Notes: generated by a model not told the origin, from the letters alone. Positions 46,031 through 56,201 are shown, counted from the first letter of the stretch. The stretch is 64,000 bases of DNA from Candidatus Daviesbacteria bacterium (GCA_016176335.1 JACOXI010000005.1:63391-127390); one strand, 5' to 3'. Numbers and translations are program-made.

Positions 46031-47160
46031 TTCTCCCAGCTAAATCTTTCTATATTATCAAGTCCCGCCTTAATAAGCTTAATTCTTAATTCTTGATTCT
46101 TTATTCTTATCATTCCCTTTACTATATCATCTACACTATATGGATTAACATAAACTGCTCCTTTACCAGCCACCTCCGGCATGGATGAAAGATTAGAAGT
46201 GATCACCGGACAACCACAAGCCTGGGCCTCCAAGATTGGCAAACCAAAACCTTCAAAAAGCGAAGGAAAAAGTAATGCTATTGCTCCGAAGTACAGTGCA
46301 GATAAATCTTTATCAGGCACATACCCCAAAAATTTTACCCTGTCCTCTATCCCTAATTTCTTTGGCAACTGATAAATTTCATCAGACAGCCAGCCTTTAG
46401 AACCTGCTATAACTAATTTCAGTGATTTATGATTTATGATTAAAGATTTATGATTTTTTATTCGTAAATCAGTATTCTTAAATCGTAAATCTTGCTCATA
46501 AATTAATTTTTCTTCAGATATAAACTTACTGAATGCAATAATTAAACGCTCGAGATTTTTACGAGGCTGTACTGTCCCCACAAACAAAAAATAACTATGA
46601 TACTTTAAATTATATTTCTTAATACTTTGAGTGTCTTTGAACTTTTCTTTATCATATCCTTCATAACTCACGCTGATTTTATCCGGTTTAATTCCCACCC
46701 TTTTGATAAGATCATCCTTAGTGGCCCGGGACACAGCAATCAAGGCAGTTGCGCTTTTTAGCTGGGAGCGGGTCATGAAATTTAAATACAACCTTTGTTT
46801 TAGCTGGTGCATGGCCGGAAGATATTCTGATCCCAAATCATGAACAGTCACCAAAGTCTTAAGTCCTGGCTTTCTAATAACCGGCAAGGTATGGGCAGGT
46901 ACAAATAACACATCAATATTGTCTTTGAAGGTCTGCAAAGCCAACCCCCCTTGAGTCCATAAAAATTTAAAATTTAAAGTTGAAAATTGAAAATTGTCAG
47001 GGAAATCTTTTTTAACAAAATTAACACCTGGCCTTAAATAAACTTGGTAAGTATTTTTCCTATCAATCCTTGCCAAAGCCTTAAGCAGTTGATAAGAATA
47101 ATTCTCTGTACCTGTTTTCTCTTTAATAAAGGCCCTGGAAGCATCAAATCCAATAATCAT
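45991..47160 (-). CDS. GT4-family glycosyltransferase
   Basis: 389 aa. EGFGLPILEAQACGCPVITS motif. Contains an in-frame heptamer-repeat insert (DLRFKNTDLRIKNHKSLIINHKSL). Confidence 0.8.
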   Translation of the reverse strand: MIIGFDASRAFIKEKTGTENYSYQLLKALARIDRKNTYQVYLRPGVNFVKKDFPDNFQFSTLNFKFLWTQGGLALQTFKDNIDVLFVPAHTLPVIRKPGLKTLVTVHDLGSEYLPAMHQLKQRLYLNFMTRSQLKSATALIAVSRATKDDLIKRVGIKPDKISVSYEGYDKEKFKDTQSIKKYNLKYHSYFLFVGTVQPRKNLERLIIAFSKFISEEKLIYEQDLRFKNTDLRIKNHKSLIINHKSLKLVIAGSKGWLSDEIYQLPKKLGIEDRVKFLGYVPDKDLSALYFGAIALLFPSLFEGFGLPILEAQACGCPVITSNLSSMPEVAGKGAVYVNPYSVDDIVKGMIRIKNQELRIKLIKAGLDNIERFSWEKCAKETLGVLENL

Positions 47161-47249
47161 ATTCCAACTATATCACAATAGAATGGAATTTCTTGACTTT
47201 AATCTGAATGAGGATAGAGTAGTTAATGTTTTTGACTTGCTGAAGTAGA

Positions 47250-47516
47250 TTAAGGTTGGTGGTTGTTGGATCCATTCTCCGTTACTCGAAACACCCTTAT
47301 TGGTCTTAGAATCTCTCTTTCCACAGCCGTTTCTTGCCCTTGCAAACCCTGATGTAGTCTACCACCTAACTCCGGATGCCAACCTCTGTAAAAGTTAACT
47401 ACTCGTTTGAATGACCCTCCATCAAAAATCACTGTGGTACCCAATAAGTCGGGTTGGTCCTTAACTATTTCTACCATCTTAATTTTAGTATGGACAAAGT
47501 TGATAGAATTTGTCAA
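47250..47516 (-). CDS. hypothetical protein
   Basis: 88 aa ORF downstream of the mreB-like gene. Confidence 0.3.
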   Translation of the reverse strand: MTNSINFVHTKIKMVEIVKDQPDLLGTTVIFDGGSFKRVVNFYRGWHPELGGRLHQGLQGQETAVEREILRPIRVFRVTENGSNNHQP

Positions 47517-47525
47517 GTAACTTAA

Positions 47526-48542
47526 TTAGCGCTTAGAAACCGACCGCTTATATAAATCCAAATTTTCCAAAGCAATGCCTGTGCCTAAGGCCACACACAG
47601 CAGTGGGTTTTCTGCCAAAGCCGCAGGTACCCCCAAAGAATCTGTTAAATGTTTATCCAAATTCCTAAGCAGCGACGTCCCGCCGCTCATCACAATTCCT
47701 TTATCAATAATGTCTGATGCCAGCTCCGGTGGAACTTGCTCTAAAACCTCTTTAACTGCCCCGATTATTTTGTGTGTTATATCGGCAATTGCCTCCGTTA
47801 CCTCATCACTGTTTATTTCAACTGTCCGAGGCAATCCTGAAAAAGCATCTCTGCCTCTCACCTCTGCTTTTTCAACTTCGGCAGGTTTAAGTTTGACTGC
47901 AGAACCAATCTTTATTTTTACATCTTCCGCCATTCTTTCCCCAATTATCAAATTATGCTTTTTGCGAACATAAGTTTGGATAGCCTCATCAATTTTATTG
48001 CCGCCAACCCGAACAGACGAGTGAACTACCACTCCTCCCAAACAAATCACCGCGGCCTCTGTGGTCCCTCCGCCAATATCCACAATCATATTGCCGGAAG
48101 GATTGGCAATGGGGATCCTGGCTCCGATTGCGGCAGCTAGAGGCTCGTCAATCAAAAAAGCTGTTTTTGCCCCAGCTGAAAGTGTGGCATCCAAAATTGC
48201 TCTTTTTTCCACAGATGTCACTCCGGCCGGTGCACAAACCATCACCTCCGGTTTAAAAATCCTGCTTGGTCCGCACACCTTGTCCAAAAAATAGCGGATC
48301 ATGGCTTCGGTGATCACATAATCCGCAATAACCCCGTCTTTCATCGGACGGGAAGCAATAATATTTCCAGGAGTTCTTCCCAACATCTCTTTGGCCTCAT
48401 TACCAACAGCCAACACCCGAGCATCATCTGTGGTGATTGCCACCACTGTCGGCTCATTGAGAACTATTCCTGTTCCCGCCAAGTAAACTAAGGAGTTTGC
48501 AGTACCTAAATCAATACCAACTCTTTTGGATAAGCCAAACAT
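47526..48542 (-). CDS. MreB/Mbl-family actin-like protein (second paralog)
   Basis: 338 aa. Motifs GIDLGTANSLVY and DIGGGTTEAAVI. Confidence 0.85.
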   Translation of the reverse strand: MFGLSKRVGIDLGTANSLVYLAGTGIVLNEPTVVAITTDDARVLAVGNEAKEMLGRTPGNIIASRPMKDGVIADYVITEAMIRYFLDKVCGPSRIFKPEVMVCAPAGVTSVEKRAILDATLSAGAKTAFLIDEPLAAAIGARIPIANPSGNMIVDIGGGTTEAAVICLGGVVVHSSVRVGGNKIDEAIQTYVRKKHNLIIGERMAEDVKIKIGSAVKLKPAEVEKAEVRGRDAFSGLPRTVEINSDEVTEAIADITHKIIGAVKEVLEQVPPELASDIIDKGIVMSGGTSLLRNLDKHLTDSLGVPAALAENPLLCVALGTGIALENLDLYKRSVSKR

Positions 48543-48600
48543 TGCGCCAACATTTTAACAGTCAAGGAAATCAGTCACAAGATATACTAAATGGAGCAAA

Positions 48601-48672
48601 AGCTATCAGTCGTCAGTCGTCAGACAGAAAATTGTATAAGTCTGATAGCTGAAAGCTGAAGTCTGATGACTA
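48601..48672. repeat. palindromic heptamer-repeat element of the ctgatag family
   Basis: agctatcagtcgtcagtcgtcagacagaaaattgtataagtctgatagctgaaagctgaagtctgatgac. A half copy lies at 16216..16250. Confidence 0.75.
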
Positions 48673-49836
48673 CCTTAAATTAATCCCATACAAATTAGGT
48701 TCTGAAGCTGTTGGTGTTGGGGATGAGGAAACTATCACGAGTTTCGATGAATCCGGCCAGGGGAAAACAAAATTATCTTCAAAATTACCTGCATAAATTA
48801 CAGACCTATTTTTGCCATCGAACTCCACCAGTGAGATGGTATCTTTTTCTACCAGAATTATATGAGTGGAGTTGGGAAGCCACATAAATGATTTAGCTTC
48901 AGGCAGTACATACTGAATGTTTCCCTCCAAGTCATAAACTTTAACATCCCCAATCAATTCTTTTTCCTGACCTGAAATCGGTTTTTCTCTTGCCATGAAT
49001 TTTGTTTCGTCCGGCGACCATCTTAAAAAGGCCGAATCCGATGCTGTTTTTCTCAAACTTATATCTTTAATATTTTTAATAAGCAGCGCATCAGAGGCTC
49101 TCGTGCTTTCTTCCCAATCATTTAAGGTTGCCGAAAGTATCGGAGTTATATCCCTTGGATCCGAATTTGTGGTATCCGCATTTAAAAGATAGTTGTTGTT
49201 TGAAATAGTTGCCATGATTTGTTTTGAATCGGAAGACCAACGAAGAGTGGCATTTGAAAAATCTATACTTAACGAGGTTATTATTTGATGAGGCTCGGAA
49301 GATCTGGCAAAAGCAATTGGTTGATTTTTAATCATCGTCCAAACCCAAATTCCGCCTTTTTTATTATCACCTGCAGCACTACTCCTGGGAACAATAAAGG
49401 CCAGCTTTGAACTATCCGCAGAAAGAGTGGGATTTTTAATCCCGCTAAATGTCAGCGGATAAATGGTGGGTATGGCAGGAAATAGCGTTATTTTTACCTC
49501 TGTCACTAAACCCTCTTTAACATTAATCGATTTCTCCCAGGGAATAAAGCCTTCTTTGATAACCCTGACAGAGTAAGTTTTTGGTGTTAAAGACGCCACC
49601 GTGGCGTTAGTGGCAGTGGTTAGGTGTCCGTCAATAAAAACAGAGGCTGCATCAGGCTCTGATGAAATATTAATTATGCCCGTGCCTACAATCCTTTTTT
49701 CTCCGGGTGAAAATCTGTAGCCCCTGGCCAAAAATATGGCCAGGCCAGCAACAATACCAATTACTGCTAATGTGCTGATGGTAATAATAAATCGTTTGCT
49801 CATGTTCTTAATTGTACACCAATTTTGCCCTGACAA
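48670..49836 (-). CDS. membrane-anchored PEGA-domain / beta-propeller (TolB-like) protein
   Basis: 388 aa. N-terminal TM, PEGA-like segment (YSVRVIKEGFIPWEKSINVKEG), repeated beta-propeller-like blades. Confidence 0.45.
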   Translation of the reverse strand: MSGQNWCTIKNMSKRFIITISTLAVIGIVAGLAIFLARGYRFSPGEKRIVGTGIINISSEPDAASVFIDGHLTTATNATVASLTPKTYSVRVIKEGFIPWEKSINVKEGLVTEVKITLFPAIPTIYPLTFSGIKNPTLSADSSKLAFIVPRSSAAGDNKKGGIWVWTMIKNQPIAFARSSEPHQIITSLSIDFSNATLRWSSDSKQIMATISNNNYLLNADTTNSDPRDITPILSATLNDWEESTRASDALLIKNIKDISLRKTASDSAFLRWSPDETKFMAREKPISGQEKELIGDVKVYDLEGNIQYVLPEAKSFMWLPNSTHIILVEKDTISLVEFDGKNRSVIYAGNFEDNFVFPWPDSSKLVIVSSSPTPTASEPNLYGINLR

Positions 49837-50485
49837 CCAACCTTCTTAAAAGCGTTCCGGGCGGATCGCAGGTTTGCAAAGTCAAGACCGGTTGATCGTA
49901 GCGGTTTGTTAAATATGAAGTATCACTGGGACTCACTATATTTTTATCAAAAACCACATAATCGAATCTTTTATTATCGCGGAATATCACTACCCTATCC
50001 CCAACTTCCAGCTCTTTGAGAAGATAAAAGATGGCATTAAAGCGGATTATATTCCATGGCGCATCTGTTGAGTGGGAAAAAAGATATAAATTCCCAGGTT
50101 GCCCCGGAGAGGTTGAACCCCTTGCCTCGGCCACACCTTGAGTTAGTGCCGCAACATATGCTTTTTCATCAGATGGGTCCACATTTGGCACAATCTTGGC
50201 ATTAGCATTAATTTTTTCAATCACAATGCCGTAGTCTGTGGAAACAGGAGTAATAATATTTTCAGCAGTTGAAACATTACCGAAACTGCTTGGACCCCCC
50301 GTTCCCTGGGAAGTGACGATATTGCCGGATAAGGTTCTTTTGATACCCAAGATTTTATCTGTCCTGTAATTTAGTTCGGCTTGGACCAAAGGTCCCAAAA
50401 TAAATATAAAACCAATCAGGCCAATAAAGAAAATCAAGTATCCTAAAAATCTTATAAAAAGAACTATTTTGTAATATTTTGACAT
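49808..50485 (-). CDS. sortase-family transpeptidase
   Basis: 225 aa. N-terminal TM. Catalytic TLxTC motif (VLTLQTCDPPG) and upstream His. Confidence 0.7.
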   Translation of the reverse strand: MSKYYKIVLFIRFLGYLIFFIGLIGFIFILGPLVQAELNYRTDKILGIKRTLSGNIVTSQGTGGPSSFGNVSTAENIITPVSTDYGIVIEKINANAKIVPNVDPSDEKAYVAALTQGVAEARGSTSPGQPGNLYLFSHSTDAPWNIIRFNAIFYLLKELEVGDRVVIFRDNKRFDYVVFDKNIVSPSDTSYLTNRYDQPVLTLQTCDPPGTLLRRLVVRAKLVYN

Positions 50486-50493
50486 AATAAAAG

Positions 50494-50566
50494 CGCCGTT
50501 GAGAGGAATCGAACCCCCAACCTATCCCTTAGGACGGGATTGCTCTGTCCATTGAGCTACAACGGC
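50494..50566 (-). tRNA. tRNA-Arg (anticodon CCU)
   Basis: Reverse complement folds as a cloverleaf: acceptor gccgttg/caacggc, D-stem gctc/gagc, anticodon stem atccc/gggat with loop gtcctaa. Confidence 0.65.
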
Positions 50567-50667
50567 AAAATGGTCCAATAGATATTTTAGCACTTCAGGA
50601 GGTATAATGCTTTAAACGGGGTGTAGTGAATCGGTATCACGCTGCGTTCGGCCTGCCCGCCAGAACT

Positions 50668-50739
50668 ACGGAGACTAGGTCATCGGTAGACCGCTCGGTT
50701 CGGGTCCGAGAGGTACGGGGTTCAATTCCCCGGTCTCCG
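50668..50739 (+). tRNA. tRNA-Pro (anticodon CGG)
   Basis: Acceptor cggagac/gtctccg (C1:G72, A73 as in bacterial tRNA-Pro), D-stem ggtc/gacc, anticodon stem ctcgg/ccgag with loop ttcgggt, T-arm cgggg-ttcaatt-ccccg. Confidence 0.6.
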
Positions 50740-50819
50740 ACAGGCAAGTGCAGGCGGGGTCGCAGAAACAAGTAAGTTAGATAGAAGAGTTAATAGACAT
50801 AAATCAGGAGACGGAGAAA

Positions 50820-51755
50820 TTAAGCTGCAGGTACAAGTGTACTATTAACTAAGGCTTTTACAAAATACTCGGGTCTTTGCTGATTTCCAGGATCAATTAT
50901 AGCCTGAATTTCTCTACAAATTGCATTTGATACAACTGGTTGCCAGTAAGCGTAATTTCTGGGCCATCGTAAATTAGGAGTAACCATTGTTATATCTTGT
51001 ATAGGAGTTACATCTCCCTTTGGATCAAATGCTAATCCTTCTTTCCATAAAAATGGATATCTAGTTGGAAATTCTGAAGCTATCATCCTTTCCCAAGTGG
51101 TTAAATAAACTGTTAATGGTCTTTTTCCTGAAAGAGGTATACTAGTCGAAGTCATATCATCAGCCAAATGAATTATTTTCTCAGCCATCTTGTTCGGTAC
51201 TAAAGATGGAATACCATCAGATAATGTTAAAAAGTCTCCAATACTTAAATGCGCCGTTTCTTTTCCAGCTCCAGCCATATAATTAACTAGTTCTGGATCT
51301 ATTCCCTGGGCTGTCAGTATAGGTCTAATAGTTTCATATGCTTGAGGGGTATATGCTTCTCTGACAGCACCCTCCCTAACTGCATTTCTTCGCATAATTT
51401 CAATTCTCTTGTTGGCATCATGAACTAAAGCACGGCTTGTAACTAATCCTGCTTCTTCCATTGATAAAACTCCTTTTTCATACAGTCTAAAAGCTAACGT
51501 GTTGGCTAAAGATGCAACTGCTAGACAGTGTTCACCAATATTAGTAAATGATTCATCATGAGGTTTACCAGTATATGGATTATCTATTCTTGCATCTTCC
51601 GTAGGGTGAACTCCGCCTATCCGTAAAATTTGAATGGCAAAGGGGAATCCTTCTGTAAATTCTGTTAGACGGGTCAGAGGGTCAAATGGTCTAGCCTCTG
51701 CTAAGATAGTTTCTCTTTCTAAAATGGGCATTACTTCACTTGCTTCTGCTAACAT
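50820..51755 (-). CDS. hypothetical protein (possible HD-domain hydrolase)
   Basis: 311 aa. H...HD-like residues (EHCLAVA, LVHDANK). Weak. Confidence 0.3.
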   Translation of the reverse strand: MLAEASEVMPILERETILAEARPFDPLTRLTEFTEGFPFAIQILRIGGVHPTEDARIDNPYTGKPHDESFTNIGEHCLAVASLANTLAFRLYEKGVLSMEEAGLVTSRALVHDANKRIEIMRRNAVREGAVREAYTPQAYETIRPILTAQGIDPELVNYMAGAGKETAHLSIGDFLTLSDGIPSLVPNKMAEKIIHLADDMTSTSIPLSGKRPLTVYLTTWERMIASEFPTRYPFLWKEGLAFDPKGDVTPIQDITMVTPNLRWPRNYAYWQPVVSNAICREIQAIIDPGNQQRPEYFVKALVNSTLVPAA

Positions 51756-51907
51756 ATTTCAAGAATTATATATGATTATAGGATAAAAATCAAATTCAGG
51801 TTGTTTTTCTGCTGGTTAAATCCTAACAGTTTACTCTTTCTTCTTAAACGCACTGCTGTAAGTTAACCCCTTTATGTTATGATTAAACCGGAACATTCAT
51901 TTTACTT

Positions 51908-53035
51908 ATGGATCAAAAGGATCAGGAAAACCTCCCTTCGCCTCCACCCTTAACCAGGCGGGAACTTTTTGCAAACCTTGCCCACTTTCAAAGGTCATTT
52001 GAAATAAGTGACCAAACCCAAGCTCAACGTCAACAATCCCCTCCCGAACCTTCTCCCACCCAAGAAACATTAAGTAGAAGATCCTTCTTAACAGGGGTGG
52101 CATCATTGTTAGTTGTTGCCCTGGCCGGATTTCTGGGTAAAAAAATGGGTGAAACTAACCCCTCTCCTTCCACATCACCCACCCCGGCTGTCATCCCTCC
52201 GCTCCCTGATAAGGATACCTCTTCAGGGAAACCGCTTGAGGATGAATTAACTTTAAAAAGCGAGCAGCCTACTCCAATAGCAGAGACTCCTCTATCGTCT
52301 TGGGAAAAGTCACTCAAAAACCATCCTCTTTTCTCCAAAAACACTCCCCAAGAACTAAAAACAGCAGCAGATTTGGTAAGTAAATTCTTCCAATATTATC
52401 AAAGCGAGCCCGGTGTAGAGAAAAAAATTAATAACACCATGGCTTACCGGGACAAAGCTTCCGGTCTGGCTAACCTGCTGGGTTTCTACCCTGACTCCTT
52501 TGCCAGAAAGATTATCTTACCGCTGATTTTTGCTGAAAGCAGCGGCAAGGCAGACGAAATCAGTCCTGCCGGCGCAGTGGGATTGTGCCAGCTGATGCAA
52601 GATGCTTTAGATTATGTCAGGAAGTTTGCTAAAGCATCAGATATTAAAAAATTAGGCATAACAAGTAATACTACCTTAGAAGCTTTAAGAGGAGACCTAA
52701 ATAAAAATATTGGCACAGCTCTGCTCTATCTACATTTACTCAATAATATTTTCGAAGATCCCAGTTTGGTAGTACTGGCTTACAACCGGGGTGGCGGGGA
52801 TCTGATAAAAATAATCAAACAGGAGTTATTGAGTGACAATTGGAACAAAGACCAAAAAGCAGAAGTAACCGGCATTACACCCGACCATCCTGGCCGGCTT
52901 GGCTACTTCATCCGACTCACCGGTATAAATGCTACCAGGCTTATTCAAAAACACCCTCGAAGCTTTGTCCCCGAGGCAAGGAACTATATTTTCAAGATTG
53001 CTGCCGCTGAAAAGATTCTCCAAACCACAGCTTAA
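51908..53035 (+). CDS. membrane-anchored lytic transglycosylase (SLT domain)
   Basis: 375 aa. SLT catalytic region (AESSGK...AGAVGLCQLMQDA, AYNRGGG). Confidence 0.7.
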   Translation: MDQKDQENLPSPPPLTRRELFANLAHFQRSFEISDQTQAQRQQSPPEPSPTQETLSRRSFLTGVASLLVVALAGFLGKKMGETNPSPSTSPTPAVIPPLPDKDTSSGKPLEDELTLKSEQPTPIAETPLSSWEKSLKNHPLFSKNTPQELKTAADLVSKFFQYYQSEPGVEKKINNTMAYRDKASGLANLLGFYPDSFARKIILPLIFAESSGKADEISPAGAVGLCQLMQDALDYVRKFAKASDIKKLGITSNTTLEALRGDLNKNIGTALLYLHLLNNIFEDPSLVVLAYNRGGGDLIKIIKQELLSDNWNKDQKAEVTGITPDHPGRLGYFIRLTGINATRLIQKHPRSFVPEARNYIFKIAAAEKILQTTA

Positions 53036-53516
53036 TCTCTTTTTTTGCTTCTTCTTCTGATCCTGATGCATGAATCAAATTATAAACAGGTCTTTCTTCC
53101 ATATTTGCCTTAAGAATTGAATCTGTCCCTAAATCACCCCTGATAGTGCCTTTTTCAGCACTTGATGGATCGGTAAAACCAGTCACCTCACGAGCAACAG
53201 ACACTGCATTTTTTCCTTCCAAAAGCAAAGCCACAATTGGACCGGAAGTGATAAATTTCCGAAGCCATGTCACTACTTTTCTGCCCTGATCCTGGGCGCT
53301 TTTAACTTTTTGACCGGCAGCAATAGTTTTCTCACCAATTGATCGCAAATACGAAGGCTCCATGGGATAATGCTTTTCTACCAAATCATGCGGAGCCATC
53401 AGATCACGCCTCTTGACCACCTTCAAACCTGCTTGCTCATATCTTTCTATTATTTCCTCGGTAAAACCACCCTGCACTCCATCCGGCTTAATTATTATCA
53501 AAGTCTGCTGTAGCAT
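52992..53516 (-). CDS. ndk: nucleoside diphosphate kinase
   Basis: 174 aa. Start TLIIIKPDGVQ, active site NLIHASGS. Confidence 0.85.
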   Translation of the reverse strand: MLQQTLIIIKPDGVQGGFTEEIIERYEQAGLKVVKRRDLMAPHDLVEKHYPMEPSYLRSIGEKTIAAGQKVKSAQDQGRKVVTWLRKFITSGPIVALLLEGKNAVSVAREVTGFTDPSSAEKGTIRGDLGTDSILKANMEERPVYNLIHASGSEEEAKKEIKLWFGESFQRQQS

Positions 53517-53519
53517 ATC

Positions 53520-53601
53520 AAAGTATTATACATAAAAAATCTCAAATGGTAAATCTCAAATGTCAAAACTAGATTTGCGTTTTGCGATTTGAGTTTTGAG
53601 A
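53520..53601. repeat. same heptamer-repeat palindromic element family
   Basis: aaatctcaaatggtaaatctcaaatgtcaaaactagatttgcgttttgcgatttgagttttgagatt. Confidence 0.75.
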
Positions 53602-54585
53602 TTACTTAATCTCCACATCGTCAACCATAGTTGACCCGTCCTCAAATACCGTGACTACTGCAAACCTTGGTAATTGCGGGTTTCGCTCGGTTCCAACCGC
53701 TCCGATTGTGACCATAGACAGGTTGGTTTCCGGTTCGTTGTATTGGCTGAAATAGTGGGTATCGCCTGCAAAGACTTTTTTCACCCCTACAAGCGCAAAA
53801 ATTAAACTTCTTGCCTGATTTTTTAACTCCTTTTCTACCCTCCCCATTATATGGTCGGATGAGGGGTGAAAAAGCGGTTCATGGACAAACACAAATATAG
53901 CCTTAACTTGCTCATCTTTTGATCTTTCCAGCTCACCTGCAACCCACTTAAGTTGTACCTCATCTATCCCTAGATAATTATCACTGTTGTCAAGCAGTAT
54001 AAATTTAAAGTTATGTAAACTGAAAGATTGATAAGTAGGACCAAAAATTTGTCTGAAATTTGTCAGCGGAGGTTGATTTTTATCTCTTGAGTCCCACAGA
54101 TCATGATCTCCGGGAATCAGAAAGTAACGCAAGTTTGCCTCATCAAACTCTTTTTTGGCTTTTTGCATCTCATCCAAAGTACCTACTTCTGTATAATCCC
54201 CCAACCCGATAACAAATTGAATATCCGGAAAGATCTGTTTGGCTTGAGAGATTGCTTTTTGCAGGTTGTTATTGTCACTGTGTGAATCCGCTACCAGCAA
54301 AAATTTAAAGACGCTCTTGGGACTTGTTTTGGGAACGGGGGTGGAAGCAGTTAGATTTTGGGGCAATAATTTTTGATCTCCAATTTTAACCTTGGAAAGC
54401 AAGGTTAATGCCTCATTCGCGACTGATTTTGGATCAAGCTTTAAAGGATCCAAACCGGAAAAGTGCTTGTACGCGGAATATACCCCGCCTAAAAGTATAG
54501 TAAATATAATAAGGCTTAATATAAACCTGAATAAAATAAATATGGGATTGGCAGATTTTCTACCGCTGTGTTTTCTAAACATCAC
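53602..54585 (-). CDS. calcineurin-like metallophosphoesterase (membrane-anchored)
   Basis: 327 aa. Motifs LVADSHSD, GLGDYTEVG, IPGDHDLW. Confidence 0.7.
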   Translation of the reverse strand: MMFRKHSGRKSANPIFILFRFILSLIIFTILLGGVYSAYKHFSGLDPLKLDPKSVANEALTLLSKVKIGDQKLLPQNLTASTPVPKTSPKSVFKFLLVADSHSDNNNLQKAISQAKQIFPDIQFVIGLGDYTEVGTLDEMQKAKKEFDEANLRYFLIPGDHDLWDSRDKNQPPLTNFRQIFGPTYQSFSLHNFKFILLDNSDNYLGIDEVQLKWVAGELERSKDEQVKAIFVFVHEPLFHPSSDHIMGRVEKELKNQARSLIFALVGVKKVFAGDTHYFSQYNEPETNLSMVTIGAVGTERNPQLPRFAVVTVFEDGSTMVDDVEIK

Positions 54586-56201
54586 ATCCTTTCTGGTGCC
54601 GAAACTCCCAAAAGTTTTAAAGTATTTGCTAAAGTGATTTTGCAGGATTTAACCAAAGCAAGCCTTGCTTTCACTAATCCTGAAGTTTCTGCAGATAGAA
54701 CCGGACAGGTTTCATAAAACTTATGGAAAAAGTCAGCTAGAGATATGGCATACTCTGTTAGCTGATGAACTTGGAGATTAATAGCTAATTCTGACACTAA
54801 ATCAGGAAAATATAAAAGATGTTTTATCAAATTAAGCTCATATTCGGTCTGTAATTGTCCAAAATCCACATTTTGGAATTTGGAATTTGTGATTTGAGAT
54901 TTGAGCAATATATTACTCATCCTGGCATGAGCATACTGAACATAGAAAACCGGATTCTTGCTTGATTGTTCTTTTACAAGCTCAAGATCAAAATCCATGT
55001 GAGTTTGAGGGGCAAACCGCAGAAGATAAAATCTGAAAGCATCCACCCCTACCTCATCCAACACCTCTCTGGCCGTAATAAAATTACCAGCTCTTTTACT
55101 CATTTTAACGATATCAGAACCCCTCTTTACTCGAACATACTGATACAAAATTACTTTTAATCTTTTGGGGTCAAACCCTAAAGCAGAAGCTGCAGCTTGT
55201 AATCTTGACACATGACCATGATGGTTACTCCCAAATACATCAATAATTGGATCTGCTCCAGATTCAAATTTGATTTTGTGATAAACAATGTCCGCAGTAA
55301 AATATGTATATCCTCCATCGGATTTTTGAATAACTGTCTCACGATCTTTTAAAAACTCATCTTTGGGTGCCAGCCACAAAGCACCCTCTTTTTCCTTTAA
55401 TACTCCTGCCTTTTTAAGTTGTGCCAAAACTTGGGCAGCCTCTTTTCTCAAATCGGATTCATGTACAACAAGATCAAATTTAATTCCCATTGAGTGACAG
55501 TCTGCCAAAATTTCCTGATGCAAAAGAGCAACTGCCATCATGCCTGTTTCCTCATCACTCTTTCCTTCCATATCAGCACCCAAATTTTTTACCAGATCAT
55601 CTATATACCCGCCTTTGTATTGTTTTTCCTCCGGCAAATCTTTGTGGTATTTTGCCCTGATAGTTGCCCCCAAAGCCTTAATTTGTTCACCAACATCATT
55701 ATTAAGAAATTCCCTAATCACCTCATACCCTTGAGATAATAAAACATTGGCAATCACATCACCTAAAGGCCCGCCTCGGGCATTACCCATATGCAAGGGA
55801 CCGGTGGGGTTGGCGGAAACATATTCCACTCTTGCTTTCTTATCTTCTCCCAAACTAGAGCTACCAAAGTTCTTGTCTTTTTCTAAGATTTCTTTTAAAT
55901 CTTGGGCTAATTTTTCAGCTTTTACAAAAAAATTTATAAAACCGCTACCGGCAATTTTAATTTCAGAGAAATTATCCTGAGCGGAGTCGAAGGACTTCAA
56001 CTTTTCAATAATTTCATTAGCAATTTCTGTTGGAGACTGCTTATTGGAAACTCCTTCCAGTTTAGCAAGCTGCAAAGCCAAATTCGTAGTATAATCTCCA
56101 AATTGGGGATTTTTAGGAATAGATAAAACTATATCAATGGCTAGAAAGCCTAAATCCCCAATTACCTTTTTTAAATCAGCTAAAATTTGATCCTTCACCA
56201 T
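54582..56201 (-). CDS. argS: arginyl-tRNA synthetase
   Basis: 539 aa. Class I motifs (SANPTGPLHMGNARGG, KMSKRAGN). Confidence 0.9.
   Translation of the reverse strand: MVKDQILADLKKVIGDLGFLAIDIVLSIPKNPQFGDYTTNLALQLAKLEGVSNKQSPTEIANEIIEKLKSFDSAQDNFSEIKIAGSGFINFFVKAEKLAQDLKEILEKDKNFGSSSLGEDKKARVEYVSANPTGPLHMGNARGGPLGDVIANVLLSQGYEVIREFLNNDVGEQIKALGATIRAKYHKDLPEEKQYKGGYIDDLVKNLGADMEGKSDEETGMMAVALLHQEILADCHSMGIKFDLVVHESDLRKEAAQVLAQLKKAGVLKEKEGALWLAPKDEFLKDRETVIQKSDGGYTYFTADIVYHKIKFESGADPIIDVFGSNHHGHVSRLQAAASALGFDPKRLKVILYQYVRVKRGSDIVKMSKRAGNFITAREVLDEVGVDAFRFYLLRFAPQTHMDFDLELVKEQSSKNPVFYVQYAHARMSNILLKSQITNSKFQNVDFGQLQTEYELNLIKHLLYFPDLVSELAINLQVHQLTEYAISLADFFHKFYETCPVLSAETSGLVKARLALVKSCKITLANTLKLLGVSAPERM

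Noticed and set aside
50600-50667. GC-rich stretch ggtgtagtgaatcggtatcacgctgcgttcggcctgcccgccagaactacgg upstream of tRNA-Pro, considered as an additional tRNA
   Set aside because: No acceptor, D, anticodon or T cloverleaf can be drawn. It is probably the leader of the tRNA-Pro transcript.
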